Counted from the stretch's first letter, positions 10,484-20,016 are shown. The stretch is DNA of 64,000 nucleotides from Candidatus Nomurabacteria bacterium (GCA_052035195.1 JBPOHU010000003.1:17453-81452), one strand, 5' to 3'. The notes: generated by a model not told the origin, from the sequence alone. A program made the numbers and translations.

Positions 10484-11407
10484 TTATTTTTGATGGATAT
10501 CACAAAAGTGGGCACTTCTTGCGCCAACCATGACCTTTCTTATTATTCCTTCGCAACCCTTTCTTTTGCAGGGTTTTCCTGTGAGCCGATATGCGTTGTG
10601 ATCATTTTGAAAGCGACCTCTTTTGCCATCAATGTCTCTATAGTCACTCATAGAGTCTCCGCCAAAGTCTATTCCTTTTTGTAGAACCTTTTTCATAGCT
10701 TTATACATCAAGCCAAATTCTTTTTTATTTATATTTTTTACTGAGCGTAATGGATGTACCCCGGATTCCCAGAGTAATTCATCTGCGTAGATGTTGCCGA
10801 TACCAGATACAATTTTAGGATCAAGCAAGACTTGTTTTATAGGACTGTTTGGTTTTTTTGAGATTCTTTTTATAAAGTTTTCTAGACTGAAATTTGCCTC
10901 TAGTGGTTCAGGTCCGTGGTGTTTCAAATGAACAGAGTCATAAAGACTATCAGTTTTTATCAAGGTTACTTTTGCAAATTTACGAACATCTGAAAGAACT
11001 AGATGTTTACTATTTTCAAATGAGAAAACGACATGAATAAATCTATTGTATGGGTCTTTGAGAGCTTCATTTTTTTCTTCTCGGTGGGGTGTCCATTTGT
11101 TTTGCTTTTTATCAAAATCATACTTACCGTACATCATGTGGCCGGTCATTTTCATGTGGACTAGTATGGTGTAACTATTATTTAAATGTATGAGTATGTT
11201 TTTTGCTCTTCTTTCTGCTTTTACTACCTTTGCATTTTTAACAGTTTTTCTGAAAAATTTATAAAAGACCTCATCTTTTAATGTGCCTATAAATTGTTTA
11301 ATAGGATTTGGTATAGCAAGATCTGTCCAAACATCAGTTATGGTTTGGCCTTTTGCTTTGCGGTTGATACCGTCTACTGTTGTTTGTACTTCTGGGAGCT
11401 CGGGCAT
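10484..11407 (-). CDS. mutM: Formamidopyrimidine-DNA glycosylase
   Basis: MPELPEV N-terminus, GIGNIYADE, C-terminal Zn finger. Confidence 0.97.
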   Translation of the reverse strand: MPELPEVQTTVDGINRKAKGQTITDVWTDLAIPNPIKQFIGTLKDEVFYKFFRKTVKNAKVVKAERRAKNILIHLNNSYTILVHMKMTGHMMYGKYDFDKKQNKWTPHREEKNEALKDPYNRFIHVVFSFENSKHLVLSDVRKFAKVTLIKTDSLYDSVHLKHHGPEPLEANFSLENFIKRISKKPNSPIKQVLLDPKIVSGIGNIYADELLWESGVHPLRSVKNINKKEFGLMYKAMKKVLQKGIDFGGDSMSDYRDIDGKRGRFQNDHNAYRLTGKPCKRKGCEGIIRKVMVGARSAHFCDIHQK

Positions 11408-11956
11408 TTATTTTTGAATTATTTTTAGAGCCTCAGTTATTTGTTTTTCTATTGGTAGACTAGAATCTACAGCTCCAACGACATTTCTTATCTGTGCATC
11501 TTTGTACCCAAGAGATAGAAGTGCTTCTACAAGGTCTGTACTTGCTGATTGTTCAGAGGTCACAAAGTTCTCAACTTTGTCCTTTAGGTCTATTACTACT
11601 TTTTCTGAGGTCTTCTTACCTATGCCTGGTACTAGGGCTATAGCCTTGGCGTCACCCATTTTTATAATTCTAACTAAGTCAGGGAGTGTATAGAGTGTGA
11701 GCATTTGGAGCGCAGTCTTTGGTCCAACCCCACTTACACTTATAAGGATTTTGAATAAATCTTTTTCTTCACTACTTTGAAAACCATAAAGTTCGTGGGC
11801 GTCATCTTTTATTACTAAATGAGTGTACAGAGAGACATTTTGGCCAATAGAAACTATAAAAGGGGGAGTGAAAACGCAGTAGCCCAAGCCTCCGACGTCT
11901 ACCGTAAGCTCTTTTTCTTTTTGCTCTATCACTTTTCCAGAGATGCGAGATATCAT
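11408..11956 (-). CDS. ruvA: Holliday junction branch migration protein RuvA
   Basis: LYGF, SVSGVGPKTA, VPGIGKKT and ALLSLGY motifs. Confidence 0.97.
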   Translation of the reverse strand: MISRISGKVIEQKEKELTVDVGGLGYCVFTPPFIVSIGQNVSLYTHLVIKDDAHELYGFQSSEEKDLFKILISVSGVGPKTALQMLTLYTLPDLVRIIKMGDAKAIALVPGIGKKTSEKVVIDLKDKVENFVTSEQSASTDLVEALLSLGYKDAQIRNVVGAVDSSLPIEKQITEALKIIQK

Positions 11957-12038
11957 ATCCTTTATAATACTTGTTCAGGGTACTAACTACAAGCTTCTAT
12001 TGCGGAAATAAGGCTTTCCTGGTATAGTCTCTCCACAT

Positions 12039-12302
12039 ATGCCAATCACCAGAAATGCAAAAAAAGCCCTCCGATCTTCACTTAAAAAGAAGGCGGTAAA
12101 TGATCGTGTTAAAAAGACCCTTAAGGAAGGTCTAAAAGCTACTCAAAAGCTCTCTTTAGCCAAGAAATGGAAGGAAGCTAAGGCTTCTCTATCAGAAGGT
12201 TACAGTGCTATTGATAAGGCTGTTAAGAAAGGTGTTATCAAGAAAAACACAGCTGCTCGAAAGAAATCTCTTCTTTCTCGAATTGCTAAGGAAACAAAAT
12301 AA
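12039..12302 (+). CDS. rpsT: 30S ribosomal protein S20
   Basis: IDKAVKKGVIKKNTAARKKS. Confidence 0.97.
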   Translation: MPITRNAKKALRSSLKKKAVNDRVKKTLKEGLKATQKLSLAKKWKEAKASLSEGYSAIDKAVKKGVIKKNTAARKKSLLSRIAKETK

Positions 12303-12419
12303 AAAAAGGGTTGCTCGATAGGGCAACCTTTTTTGTTTTCTGTGGAACTCGCTAATCACTCAGGCAGTCCTCGATGCACAAAAGAAGTTACCCTCTCTCA
12401 CTTTTGGTATACTACAAGC

Positions 12420-12686
12420 ATGTTATATGAATTTTATGGAGAAGAATGTCCTCACTGCAAGAAAATGCTTAAGCTTACAGATAAGCTCATGAAAGAATTT
12501 CCTGATGTAAAAATAGTTCGCAAGGAGGTCTGGCACAACAAAGAAAATATGGAAATGGTTAAACAATTCGACAAAGATGATGGTTGTGGAGGTTTACCTT
12601 TTTATTATGATGACCAAACAAAGAAGTGGCTTTGTGGGGAAGTGAAGTATGAGGAATTGAAAGGGTGGGCTGGGATATCTGTGTAG
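12420..12686 (+). CDS. Thioredoxin/glutaredoxin-like protein
   Basis: EFYGEECPHC and CGGLPF motifs. Confidence 0.85.
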   Translation: MLYEFYGEECPHCKKMLKLTDKLMKEFPDVKIVRKEVWHNKENMEMVKQFDKDDGCGGLPFYYDDQTKKWLCGEVKYEELKGWAGISV

Positions 12687-12752
12687 ATGAGGGGAAATAA
12701 AAAAATTTGACTTTGTTTTTATGTAGGGTTAGCATAAAACCAAATTACTTTT

Positions 12753-12845
12753 ATGACTATAAAAACTAAAACACTTCAGATACTTTTTGGTTTTATTTTA
12801 ATTTTGATATTTTTATTTTGCTTTGCTAAGGGCTGGATATCTTAG
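12753..12845 (+). CDS. Putative 30-aa single-TM peptide
   Basis: MTIKTKTLQILFGFILILIFLFCFAKGWIS; TTGACT-N17-TAGCAT upstream and a terminator downstream. Confidence 0.45.
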   Translation: MTIKTKTLQILFGFILILIFLFCFAKGWIS

Positions 12846-13059
12846 ATAGCTAAAGCACCCGGAGGGTGTTTTTTTTATTGTCCGTGTAGCATCGGAAAAG
12901 TGGAACCACCTACCCGTATGGATATTTGAAGCTTCTCAATACATTGACATTTGTTATATAATATGCTATTATATAAATATAGTTCCTTAAAGTAGTTTTA
13001 GTGTTTTACGGAAGCCCTCATGTTGGGGTTTGCGTTAAACACTAAAACTAAATAGATAT

Positions 13060-13599
13060 ATGAAAAAGATACTTATTGTTGATGATACTCAAGCAAATCT
13101 TGATGCAGCCAAAGCCTTCTTTTCAACCGTTCCTGGTTATGAGTTTGTGTATACTACAAACAGAAAAGATGCGGAAGCTTGTCTTCTCGAGGTTGATGGG
13201 TTAATTACAGATAGAAGTTTGCCATGGACAGACACCGAGCAATTCAATTGCGAAATACCAAGCGGAGCCTCTAAAAGTTTATTCCCTAATTACCTTCAAA
13301 GTAATGGCCACTACCTGCTTTTGAAGTCTTGCTTGTTAAACAAACCGTCTATCATGGCTACAGATCATGGAAAGTTCGGTCTAATGAAATTAGCAAACCA
13401 AAGTAAGTGGCAAGAAGATTCCTCGCTAGAGGATATAATCTTCCTGATGGAAAACAGAACAACGCTTGATACCTATTTCACATTCGGTAAACATCCCGCA
13501 GTAAAAGAAATTCAAGTTTTAGGATGGTATGAAAATTTATCGAAGACTACTCATCAAGCTTGGAAGTTGGCATGGGAAGAAATTCAAAAACAATTTTAA
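13060..13599 (+). CDS. Stand-alone receiver-domain-like protein
   Basis: KKILIVDD...LITDRSLP; own TTGACA-N17-TATTAT promoter at 12944. Confidence 0.65.
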   Translation: MKKILIVDDTQANLDAAKAFFSTVPGYEFVYTTNRKDAEACLLEVDGLITDRSLPWTDTEQFNCEIPSGASKSLFPNYLQSNGHYLLLKSCLLNKPSIMATDHGKFGLMKLANQSKWQEDSSLEDIIFLMENRTTLDTYFTFGKHPAVKEIQVLGWYENLSKTTHQAWKLAWEEIQKQF

Positions 13600-13664
13600 G
13601 TTCAAAGAAATCTGGCACTGACCGTAACGATAAAACGTCACGGTCTTTTTTTTGTTTAGAAAAA

Positions 13665-13859
13665 TGGTCCTCTCGGTAGGACCGCTACGCTTATCTCCCT
13701 CGACTAAAACTGTTGCAACAGTTTTGTCTGGGCACCGACTCAACTGTTTTGTCTGCTGACAAAACATGTTTCCGTCGTTCGATTCCTACACGCACGACAA
13801 GAAGTTGTCGTGCTCTCAAGGATAATGTAAAAAGCCCCGCATGGGGGCTCATTACATTG
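13665..13859 (-). ncRNA. tRNA-3'-linked structured element (Arg-GCG copy)
   Basis: 13-nt antisense to the host T-arm (13777-13789), conserved core, terminal copy of the tRNA 3' end (13665-13681). Confidence 0.8.
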
Positions 13860-13931
13860 TCCTCTCGGTAGGAATCGAACCTACATCATAACTTCCGCAA
13901 AGTTACGTCCTATCCATTGAACGACGAGAGG
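13860..13931 (-). tRNA. tRNA-Arg(GCG)
   Basis: CCTCTCG/CGAGAGG acceptor; anticodon arm TAACT-TT-GCG-GA-AGTTA. Confidence 0.92.
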
Positions 13932-13940
13932 GTATTTAGA

Positions 13941-14396
13941 TTAAAACCCGATCTTATCAAAAAGAGCGACACTTCTTGATTCTCGGAGCTCTTCTTCTTT
14001 TGCGTATGGGGCTATAGCCTCACGAACCTGGCTGGCGCTAACTCCTTCTAATGGGAGAGAGAGTGTTGGTATAAAAGAAGTCTTAACGAGCAGTAACAGC
14101 TTAACTTCTTTCCCAGTTTCGTCAAGCCAGAAGCTAGTGATGTTTTTGTAGTCTATAAGTTCTTCGTTTATAGATACTCCAAGCTCAGATATTGTTACGG
14201 ATAGTTCTTTAGGGTGCTTAAGTGCATAGATGATAGTGACTGCTCCTGCTATTAAAAGAAAAATACCAAAGAAAATATTTCCATAAAAGAAAGAAACAAC
14301 AGAGGATAATACTGACACAAGACCAACTGTCCAAATCCAGTCAGGGCTCTTGTCCTTTTTTTCAAATTCAAGTGTTTTCCAAGATAATGGCTTCAT
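13941..14396 (-). CDS. Hypothetical membrane protein (2 TM + PH-like domain)
   Basis: W...EF..K.KS.DW motif, two TM helices. Confidence 0.75.
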   Translation of the reverse strand: MKPLSWKTLEFEKKDKSPDWIWTVGLVSVLSSVVSFFYGNIFFGIFLLIAGAVTIIYALKHPKELSVTISELGVSINEELIDYKNITSFWLDETGKEVKLLLLVKTSFIPTLSLPLEGVSASQVREAIAPYAKEEELRESRSVALFDKIGF

Positions 14397-14455
14397 GTTT
14401 TAAATTGTATCATGAAAAAACCACCACAGGTTTGTGGTGGTTTTTTATTTTTTAT

Positions 14456-14767
14456 TTATTCTGGTTTTTTATCAAGCTTATCTAGTCCTAGTGCCTTAAC
14501 TCCAAAATATATAACAGCTGCTACTATAACAAAATCTACAACAGTAGAAATGAAAGCTCCATATTTAAGAGTTGCACCGCCCATTTCAACTGCCTTGTCA
14601 GCAAGATCAACTTTTCCTAATGCTAGGCCAACTAGGGGATTTATGACATTTTCTACCAAAGAAGAAACTATCTTTGATACTGCTCCTCCTAGGATAAATC
14701 CGACAGCAAGTCCGACTACTCCTTGAGCTCTTATAAAGTCCATAAACCCTTGTAACTTTTGATTCAT
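14456..14767 (-). CDS. mscL: Large-conductance mechanosensitive channel MscL
   Basis: VVGLAVGFILGGAVSKIVSSLV and YGAFISTVVDF motifs. Confidence 0.93.
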   Translation of the reverse strand: MNQKLQGFMDFIRAQGVVGLAVGFILGGAVSKIVSSLVENVINPLVGLALGKVDLADKAVEMGGATLKYGAFISTVVDFVIVAAVIYFGVKALGLDKLDKKPE

Positions 14768-14831
14768 AAAATTGATTAAATTAGTATTATGGTTTTAGTA
14801 TAGCAAATTAGTTATTTTGGTAAGGTTAATA

Positions 14832-15010
14832 GGGGATTCTCCCTCGACTTTTTCCTCGTCAGTCACTCGGAAAAGTCTGGGCACCAGCTCGCTTGTTTTT
14901 CCTGCTGGAAAAACATAGCTCCGCTGTTCGAATCCCCACACACGCAAAGCAGTTTGCGTGTTCCACCTCCGCAAATAAAAATTACCCAATTTATGGGTAA
15001 TTTTTATTTG
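14832..15010 (-). ncRNA. tRNA-3'-linked structured element (Ser-TGA copy)
   Basis: 26-bp IR 14963-15019, antisense T-arm 14926-14937, conserved core, truncated terminal copy GAATCCCC (14832-14839). Confidence 0.8.
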
Positions 15011-15095
15011 CGGAGGTGGGGGGATTCGAACTCCCGGTACCTTGCGGTACTCCTGTTTTCAAGACAGGTGCACTAAACCACTATGCGACACCTCC
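15011..15095 (-). tRNA. tRNA-Ser(TGA)
   Basis: GGAGGTG acceptor, CCTGT-CT-TGA-AA-ACAGG, long variable arm. Confidence 0.95.
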
Positions 15096-15172
15096 AATAT
15101 TTATTTTTCAGATAACAGGACGAATGTACCATAAGAACGAGCTTTTTTCAATCTTTGTGATAATCTAAAAGT

Positions 15173-15559
15173 ATGAAATACCTAGGTGTCGATTATGGGA
15201 CAAAAAAATCAGGAATAGCCGTTTCGGATGAAGAGGCTTCTTTTGCTTTCCCTAAAGAAATAGTTTCAACTGATTCTTTGGTTAGCTATGTAGCAGATTT
15301 TTCCAAAAAAGAGCCTCTGCAGGGAATAGTCTGGGGGCTTTCTTTGGCAAGTAACGGTGCTGAAAATGATATAACAGCACAAGTTCAACAGCTAGCAAAA
15401 AAAATAGAAACACAAACCAGTATCTCTGCATTTTTTATCAGAGAAGACTTTTCTTCTGTTGAGGCCCATCGCTATCAGACGAAGAAGGGTGATAGGGACG
15501 ATAGTGCTGCTGCCATCATCCTTCAAAGATTTCTTGATAAACATAAAAAACACATTTAA
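15173..15559 (+). CDS. ruvX: YqgF/RuvX family nuclease
   Basis: YLGVDYGTKKSGIAVSD and DDSAAAIILQRFL motifs. Confidence 0.92.
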   Translation: MKYLGVDYGTKKSGIAVSDEEASFAFPKEIVSTDSLVSYVADFSKKEPLQGIVWGLSLASNGAENDITAQVQQLAKKIETQTSISAFFIREDFSSVEAHRYQTKKGDRDDSAAAIILQRFLDKHKKHI

Positions 15560-15569
15560 ACTAAAATAT

Positions 15570-15944
15570 ATGGAAGAACAAACAATTAAAAAAGAAGAAG
15601 TCGTACAAAAGCCAGACTATCTAACTATAGAAGAGTTTTCAAAACTGGAAGCTCGTATAGGACTAGTTATTTCTGCCCAAGAAATAGAAGGATCAGAAAA
15701 ACTAATTAAATTCACTCTTGATTTTGGTGAAGAATCTCCAAGACAAATCCTCTCTGGTATTAAGGCTTGGTATGACCCCACATCGCTTGTTGGTAAGAAA
15801 ATGCTTTTCGTTGTTAATCTTGCTCCAAGAAAAATGATGGGCTTGGAATCACAAGGCATGCTTATGGCGGTAGACGGTCTTGATGGGGAACCTGTTTTTC
15901 TTATTCCAGAAAAAGATGTTAAGCCAGGATCAAAGGTTAGATAA
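15570..15944 (+). CDS. Stand-alone tRNA-binding OB-fold protein (Trbp111/CsaA/MetRS C-domain-like)
   Basis: RQILSGI, VNLAPRKMMGLESQGML and PGSKVR motifs. Confidence 0.9.
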   Translation: MEEQTIKKEEVVQKPDYLTIEEFSKLEARIGLVISAQEIEGSEKLIKFTLDFGEESPRQILSGIKAWYDPTSLVGKKMLFVVNLAPRKMMGLESQGMLMAVDGLDGEPVFLIPEKDVKPGSKVR

Positions 15945-15991
15945 TTTTTTTGATATAGTTTTATCTCTTACAATTTCGTATAATAGATAGA

Positions 15992-17065
15992 GTGAATATT
16001 CTAAGTAGATTATTTCCAACACCAAACTCTATTGCTATTCCAACAGTCGGATTAGATTTTTCTGATTCAACTATGAGATTTATGTCCTTGGAGATTCATC
16101 CGAAAGGTCTTTTGCCAAAAAATTTTGCTCAAGCTTCTATTCCGGAAGGTTGCATGAAAGGAGGTAAAATAATAGACACTGAAAAATTTATTAAATTTCT
16201 TAAGCAGATTAAAAAAGATTATAAACTCAAGTACGCTCGTATATCTATTCCGGAGTCACAAGTTTATTCTTTTACTTTGTCTTTAGACTATAGCGCAAGA
16301 GAAGATATAAGAGGTGCCATAGAAGTTCTTATCGAAGACAATATACCTCTTAAAGCCATTGAAACAGTTTTTGATTATCATGTTTTGAGCGTATCTGAAA
16401 AGTCTATAGTTGTTCAGGTGGTGGCCCTCTCTGAAGCTGTTGCAACAAATTATTTTAATGCTTTTGCTGATGCTGGCATTATCCCTGTTAGTTTTGAGCT
16501 TGAAGGACAAGCTATTACTAGAGCAGTTATTGATCCAGAAGATACGGGCTCTTGTATGATTGTTGATTTTGGGGCCAACAGAACTGGTATAACCATCGTT
16601 ACAAATAAGACAGCCATGGTTACCGCTACACTAGACTTCGGAGGTAATACTTTGTCACAAATGTTGGCAAAAGAAATGAACCTTTCTTTTGCTGATGCTG
16701 AAAAGATTAAGAGAGAGCATGGCTTGGCAACACTCGGAGAGCATAAAGATGTTTTTCTAGTTTTAGCAAATGGTATTTCAGTTTTAAAAGACGAAATAAA
16801 TAGGCGTTATGTTTATTGGCACGAAAAGAAAGATCAGCTCGGAGGTTTTCCAGCTATCGATACTATCTATCTTTGTGGCGGGCATAGTAACCTAATAGGT
16901 CTCGATGAGTATTTAAGTGCTAGTTTGAAACTAAAGGTTGTTCAAGTAAATCCTTGGAGAAACTGTTTTTCTTTAGATAAGCATATTCCCCAGATAAATA
17001 AAGAAGTATCTATGAGTTATGTTACCGCTGTAGGGCTTGCTTTAGCTGATTATATATATGATTAA
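15992..17065 (+). CDS. pilM: Type IV pilus assembly protein PilM
   Basis: Actin-like fold: GLDFSD, VDFGANRT, LCGGHSNL, AVGLAL. Confidence 0.9.
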   Translation: MNILSRLFPTPNSIAIPTVGLDFSDSTMRFMSLEIHPKGLLPKNFAQASIPEGCMKGGKIIDTEKFIKFLKQIKKDYKLKYARISIPESQVYSFTLSLDYSAREDIRGAIEVLIEDNIPLKAIETVFDYHVLSVSEKSIVVQVVALSEAVATNYFNAFADAGIIPVSFELEGQAITRAVIDPEDTGSCMIVDFGANRTGITIVTNKTAMVTATLDFGGNTLSQMLAKEMNLSFADAEKIKREHGLATLGEHKDVFLVLANGISVLKDEINRRYVYWHEKKDQLGGFPAIDTIYLCGGHSNLIGLDEYLSASLKLKVVQVNPWRNCFSLDKHIPQINKEVSMSYVTAVGLALADYIYD

Positions 17066-17585
17066 TCTCTTACCTTACAAAGAAAAAAAGAGTATCGAAA
17101 GAATAAGAATGATCAGAATCATTCAAGCTGTAGTTGTCGGTATGGCTGTTTTGATAGTTGTTTCTGCTATTTTGTTAATACCAACTCTTATAACAATAAG
17201 GTCACGCTTTTCAATTGCTTCAAATCAAATAAGCGCATTAGAGAGTGGGGGTAGTCTAGCTTCAGACGTAGATCTATCTGTTTTAGAGAGTAGAGCTAAA
17301 TCCGTTAGAGATATTTTGGCGATACCAGAGAAACCACAAGTGACTGACTATATAGATATAGTCCGCTCTATTGTTCCTAGTTCTGTGACCATAGAGCGCT
17401 TTTCAAGCGAAAATGAAAATCTTCTTGAGGTTTTTGGTACGGCTGAAAGTAGAGAAATTTTGCAGGATTTTATAAATAAACTTGAAGCCCAAGAAAGTAT
17501 TGCTTTGGTTGATAGTCCTGTTTCTAATTTTATTAAAAACAAAAATGGTAGTTTTAAGCTAACTATTTCATTTAAAACACAATGA
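17058..17585 (+). CDS. pilN: PilN-like protein
   Basis: MINLLP motif plus TM helix. Confidence 0.85.
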   Translation: MINLLPYKEKKSIERIRMIRIIQAVVVGMAVLIVVSAILLIPTLITIRSRFSIASNQISALESGGSLASDVDLSVLESRAKSVRDILAIPEKPQVTDYIDIVRSIVPSSVTIERFSSENENLLEVFGTAESREILQDFINKLEAQESIALVDSPVSNFIKNKNGSFKLTISFKTQ

Positions 17586-18169
17586 GTAATATTTTAAAAA
17601 ACAACATTATAAAGTTAATAATATATATAGCTTTGGTTATAGCTTTATTTGTCGGGGTTTCTGTTGTTTTTAGTAGTATGAAAATAAAGATGTCAAAGGT
17701 TTATGATATCAAAGAAAAACTAGCTTCTTATCAAAAAAACAAAAAAGCTTTTGAAGACGAAGTAAAAGAAATACGAGACTTAGAAGAGAGAGTAAAAATC
17801 TTAGAGTCATTTAAGGTCTCTAGTGAGAACATTCCATCTCTTCTATCTACCCTTGAGAAGCTGGCAAATAAACACTCTATATCTTTTGAGATAACAAGCG
17901 TGCAAACCCCAATAGAAAATGAGAAAACAAAGCTTTTGATTGAGACAACTTCAAAAGGTTCTTTTGTCCAAATCCAAAACTTTTTTGAAGAATTACAACA
18001 TCAAAATTTTCAAGTTAGACTTGCAAAAGTTTTTCTCTTTTCAGAAAAAGGAGTATCTTCTAGTCCAGAAGTAACAGGTACACTTTCTGTGAAGGGATCT
18101 AAAACGCCAACAGTTTCAAAAGAGTTAAAATGGCAAGGTGTTGCTACAATAGAAATACAGAGTTTTTAA
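17582..18169 (+). CDS. pilO: PilO-like protein
   Basis: TM plus coiled coil, GSF..I..FF..L motif; position after pilMN. Confidence 0.75.
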   Translation: MSNILKNNIIKLIIYIALVIALFVGVSVVFSSMKIKMSKVYDIKEKLASYQKNKKAFEDEVKEIRDLEERVKILESFKVSSENIPSLLSTLEKLANKHSISFEITSVQTPIENEKTKLLIETTSKGSFVQIQNFFEELQHQNFQVRLAKVFLFSEKGVSSSPEVTGTLSVKGSKTPTVSKELKWQGVATIEIQSF

Positions 18170-18172
18170 AAT

Positions 18173-18481
18173 ATGAATTTTAATTTAACAAAAAACAAAC
18201 CATCGGTAAAACACAAAAAAGACGGAAGAATAAATCCTCATCGTCTTTGGATTTTGTTTATAACTATTTTTTTAATTGCTCTAACTGTTGAGATAATTGT
18301 TTTTACTTATTTTTTTATTAACTCTTCTAAAGAGTTGGACTCTCCGGTAGAGGCTAACCTTGATGCAAATACAAGTCAGATCAAGAAAATAGAGCAGGTA
18401 GTTCAAAAGACAGAAGAAGCTGTTAAAATTAGAAAGGGGGAGTCACCATCTTCACAAAATGCGAGCTCTATAGTACAGTAG
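18173..18481 (+). CDS. Hypothetical single-TM protein of the pilMNO operon
   Basis: 102 aa, one TM helix. Confidence 0.7.
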   Translation: MNFNLTKNKPSVKHKKDGRINPHRLWILFITIFLIALTVEIIVFTYFFINSSKELDSPVEANLDANTSQIKKIEQVVQKTEEAVKIRKGESPSSQNASSIVQ

Positions 18482-18502
18482 AGGAACCTCGGGGAATCGA
18501 TT

Positions 18503-18574
18503 GCTCCTGTAGTTAAATGGATATAACTGCGGACTTCTAAGCCGTTATTGTAGGTTCGATTCCTACCGGGAGCA
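18503..18574 (+). tRNA. tRNA-Arg(TCT)
   Basis: GCTCCTG/CGGGAGC acceptor; loop CT-TCT-AA. Confidence 0.92.
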
Positions 18575-18693
18575 CAAGCGAGAGAAATAGAAAGTTTATT
18601 TTCGTATTTTCGAGCGTAGCGCTCCCGGAAAGCTCAGCTTACGAGGGAGCACAAGCGAGAGAAATAGAAAGTTCACTTTAGTAACTCGTGACC
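18568..18693 (+). repeat. 29-bp direct repeat starting in the tRNA-Arg 3' end; degenerate tRNA-linked element
   Basis: gggagcacaagcgagagaaatagaaagtt at 18568-18596 and 18645-18673; ttagtaactcgtgacc (18678-18693) shared with 21725-21740. Confidence 0.85.
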
Positions 18694-18706
18694 ACATTAT
18701 AGACTT

Positions 18707-18778
18707 GCGCTCTTAGCTCAGTGGTAGAGCAGCGCTTTTACACAGCGAAGGTCGGGGGTTCAAATCCCTCAGGGCGCA
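18707..18778 (+). tRNA. tRNA-Val(TAC)
   Basis: GCGCTCT/AGGGCGC acceptor; loop TT-TAC-AC; followed by a perfect IR at 18776-18823. Confidence 0.95.
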
Positions 18779-18848
18779 CATAATACAAAAGACACCAAAT
18801 TTGGTGTCTTTTGTATTATGTGCAAAAAGTTGTGATAGTATCATAATT

Positions 18849-19580
18849 ATGACACCTATAATCTTATTAGAAACTCAAAACTACCTTGTTATCAACAAGC
18901 CAGCTTCTCTCATTGTTCATACTGATGGTAAAACGAATGAGTCAACTCTTGTTGATTGGATTTTAAAAACAAGGCCAGAAATTTCTGGTGTAGGAGAACC
19001 GGCCGTGATAGATGGAAAGGTTTTTGATAGACCAGGTATTGTTCACCGACTAGACAAGGAAACATCGGGGATTATGATAATTGCAAAAAACCAAGAATCT
19101 TTTTTATTTTTTAAGCAGGCTTTTAAAGATAGAGTTATAGAAAAAAAATATCACGCATTTGTTTGGGGGCACTTCAAAGAACTTTCCGGAATAATAAATG
19201 AACCTATTGCTAGAAGCAGTGGAGACTTTCGAAGGTGGCAGTCTGGACGAGGAAAAAGAGGGGAAGAAAGAGACGCTATAACAAACTGGTCGCTGGTCCA
19301 CACTTTTGAAGATGAAAATGAAGACCTGTTTTCTTTTGTTGAGCTTTCACCAAAGACTGGTAGGACTCATCAACTCCGTGTACATATGAAATTTATACAA
19401 AGACCTATAGTTTCAGACTCTTTATATGCTCCAAGCAAAAGAGAGGCTTTAGGTTTTTCTAGGGTGGCGCTTCATGCCAGAAGTATTCGTTTTATAGACC
19501 AGGATGGTAAAAATATAGAGATAGAAGCCCCGTATCCATTTGATTTTGACAGGGCTCTTGCGGTGTACGTTAAAATATGA
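18849..19580 (+). CDS. RluA/RluD-family pseudouridine synthase
   Basis: [14 protein letters not shown] and [10 protein letters not shown] motifs. Confidence 0.95.
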   Translation: MTPIILLETQNYLVINKPASLIVHTDGKTNESTLVDWILKTRPEISGVGEPAVIDGKVFDRPGIVHRLDKETSGIMIIAKNQESFLFFKQAFKDRVIEKKYHAFVWGHFKELSGIINEPIARSSGDFRRWQSGRGKRGEERDAITNWSLVHTFEDENEDLFSFVELSPKTGRTHQLRVHMKFIQRPIVSDSLYAPSKREALGFSRVALHARSIRFIDQDGKNIEIEAPYPFDFDRALAVYVKI

Positions 19581-19596
19581 TAAAGTTTCGGCCTAT

Positions 19597-20016
19597 ATGG
19601 ATACAACTATGACATTTACCACAGTCGACGTAGAGTCACGAAAAAAGCTTGATTTTAACTCAGGCGATACTGTTCGTGTGTGGTCAAAAATTGAAGATAA
19701 GGGTAAATACCGTTTACAAGCCTTCGAGGGTATTGTTCTTGCTCGAAAACACGGAACAAGTCCAACAGCAACCTTTACCGTTAGAAAGGTTAGTAATGGA
19801 GTTGGCGTAGAGAGAGTTTTTCCACTCTATTCTCCAATGGTAGATAAGATTGAAGTTACAAAGAAAACAAAGACACGAAGAAGTAAGCTTTACTACATTC
19901 GAGATAAGGCGGTTAAAGAGATTCGTCGAAAAATGAAACAAATCCTTCTCGGAAAAGCTTCAGTAGAAGAAGGAGAAATAGTAGAAGATACTTCAAAAGA
20001 AGAATCTGCATCATAA
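19597..20016 (+). CDS. rplS: 50S ribosomal protein L19
   Basis: [24 protein letters not shown] and KLYYIR motifs. Confidence 0.97.
   Translation: MDTTMTFTTVDVESRKKLDFNSGDTVRVWSKIEDKGKYRLQAFEGIVLARKHGTSPTATFTVRKVSNGVGVERVFPLYSPMVDKIEVTKKTKTRRSKLYYIRDKAVKEIRRKMKQILLGKASVEEGEIVEDTSKEESAS

Noticed and set aside
13732-13741. GAGTCGGTGC matching a Cas9 tracrRNA 3' end
   Set aside because: Only 10 nt, explained by the element core; no cas genes or CRISPR array.
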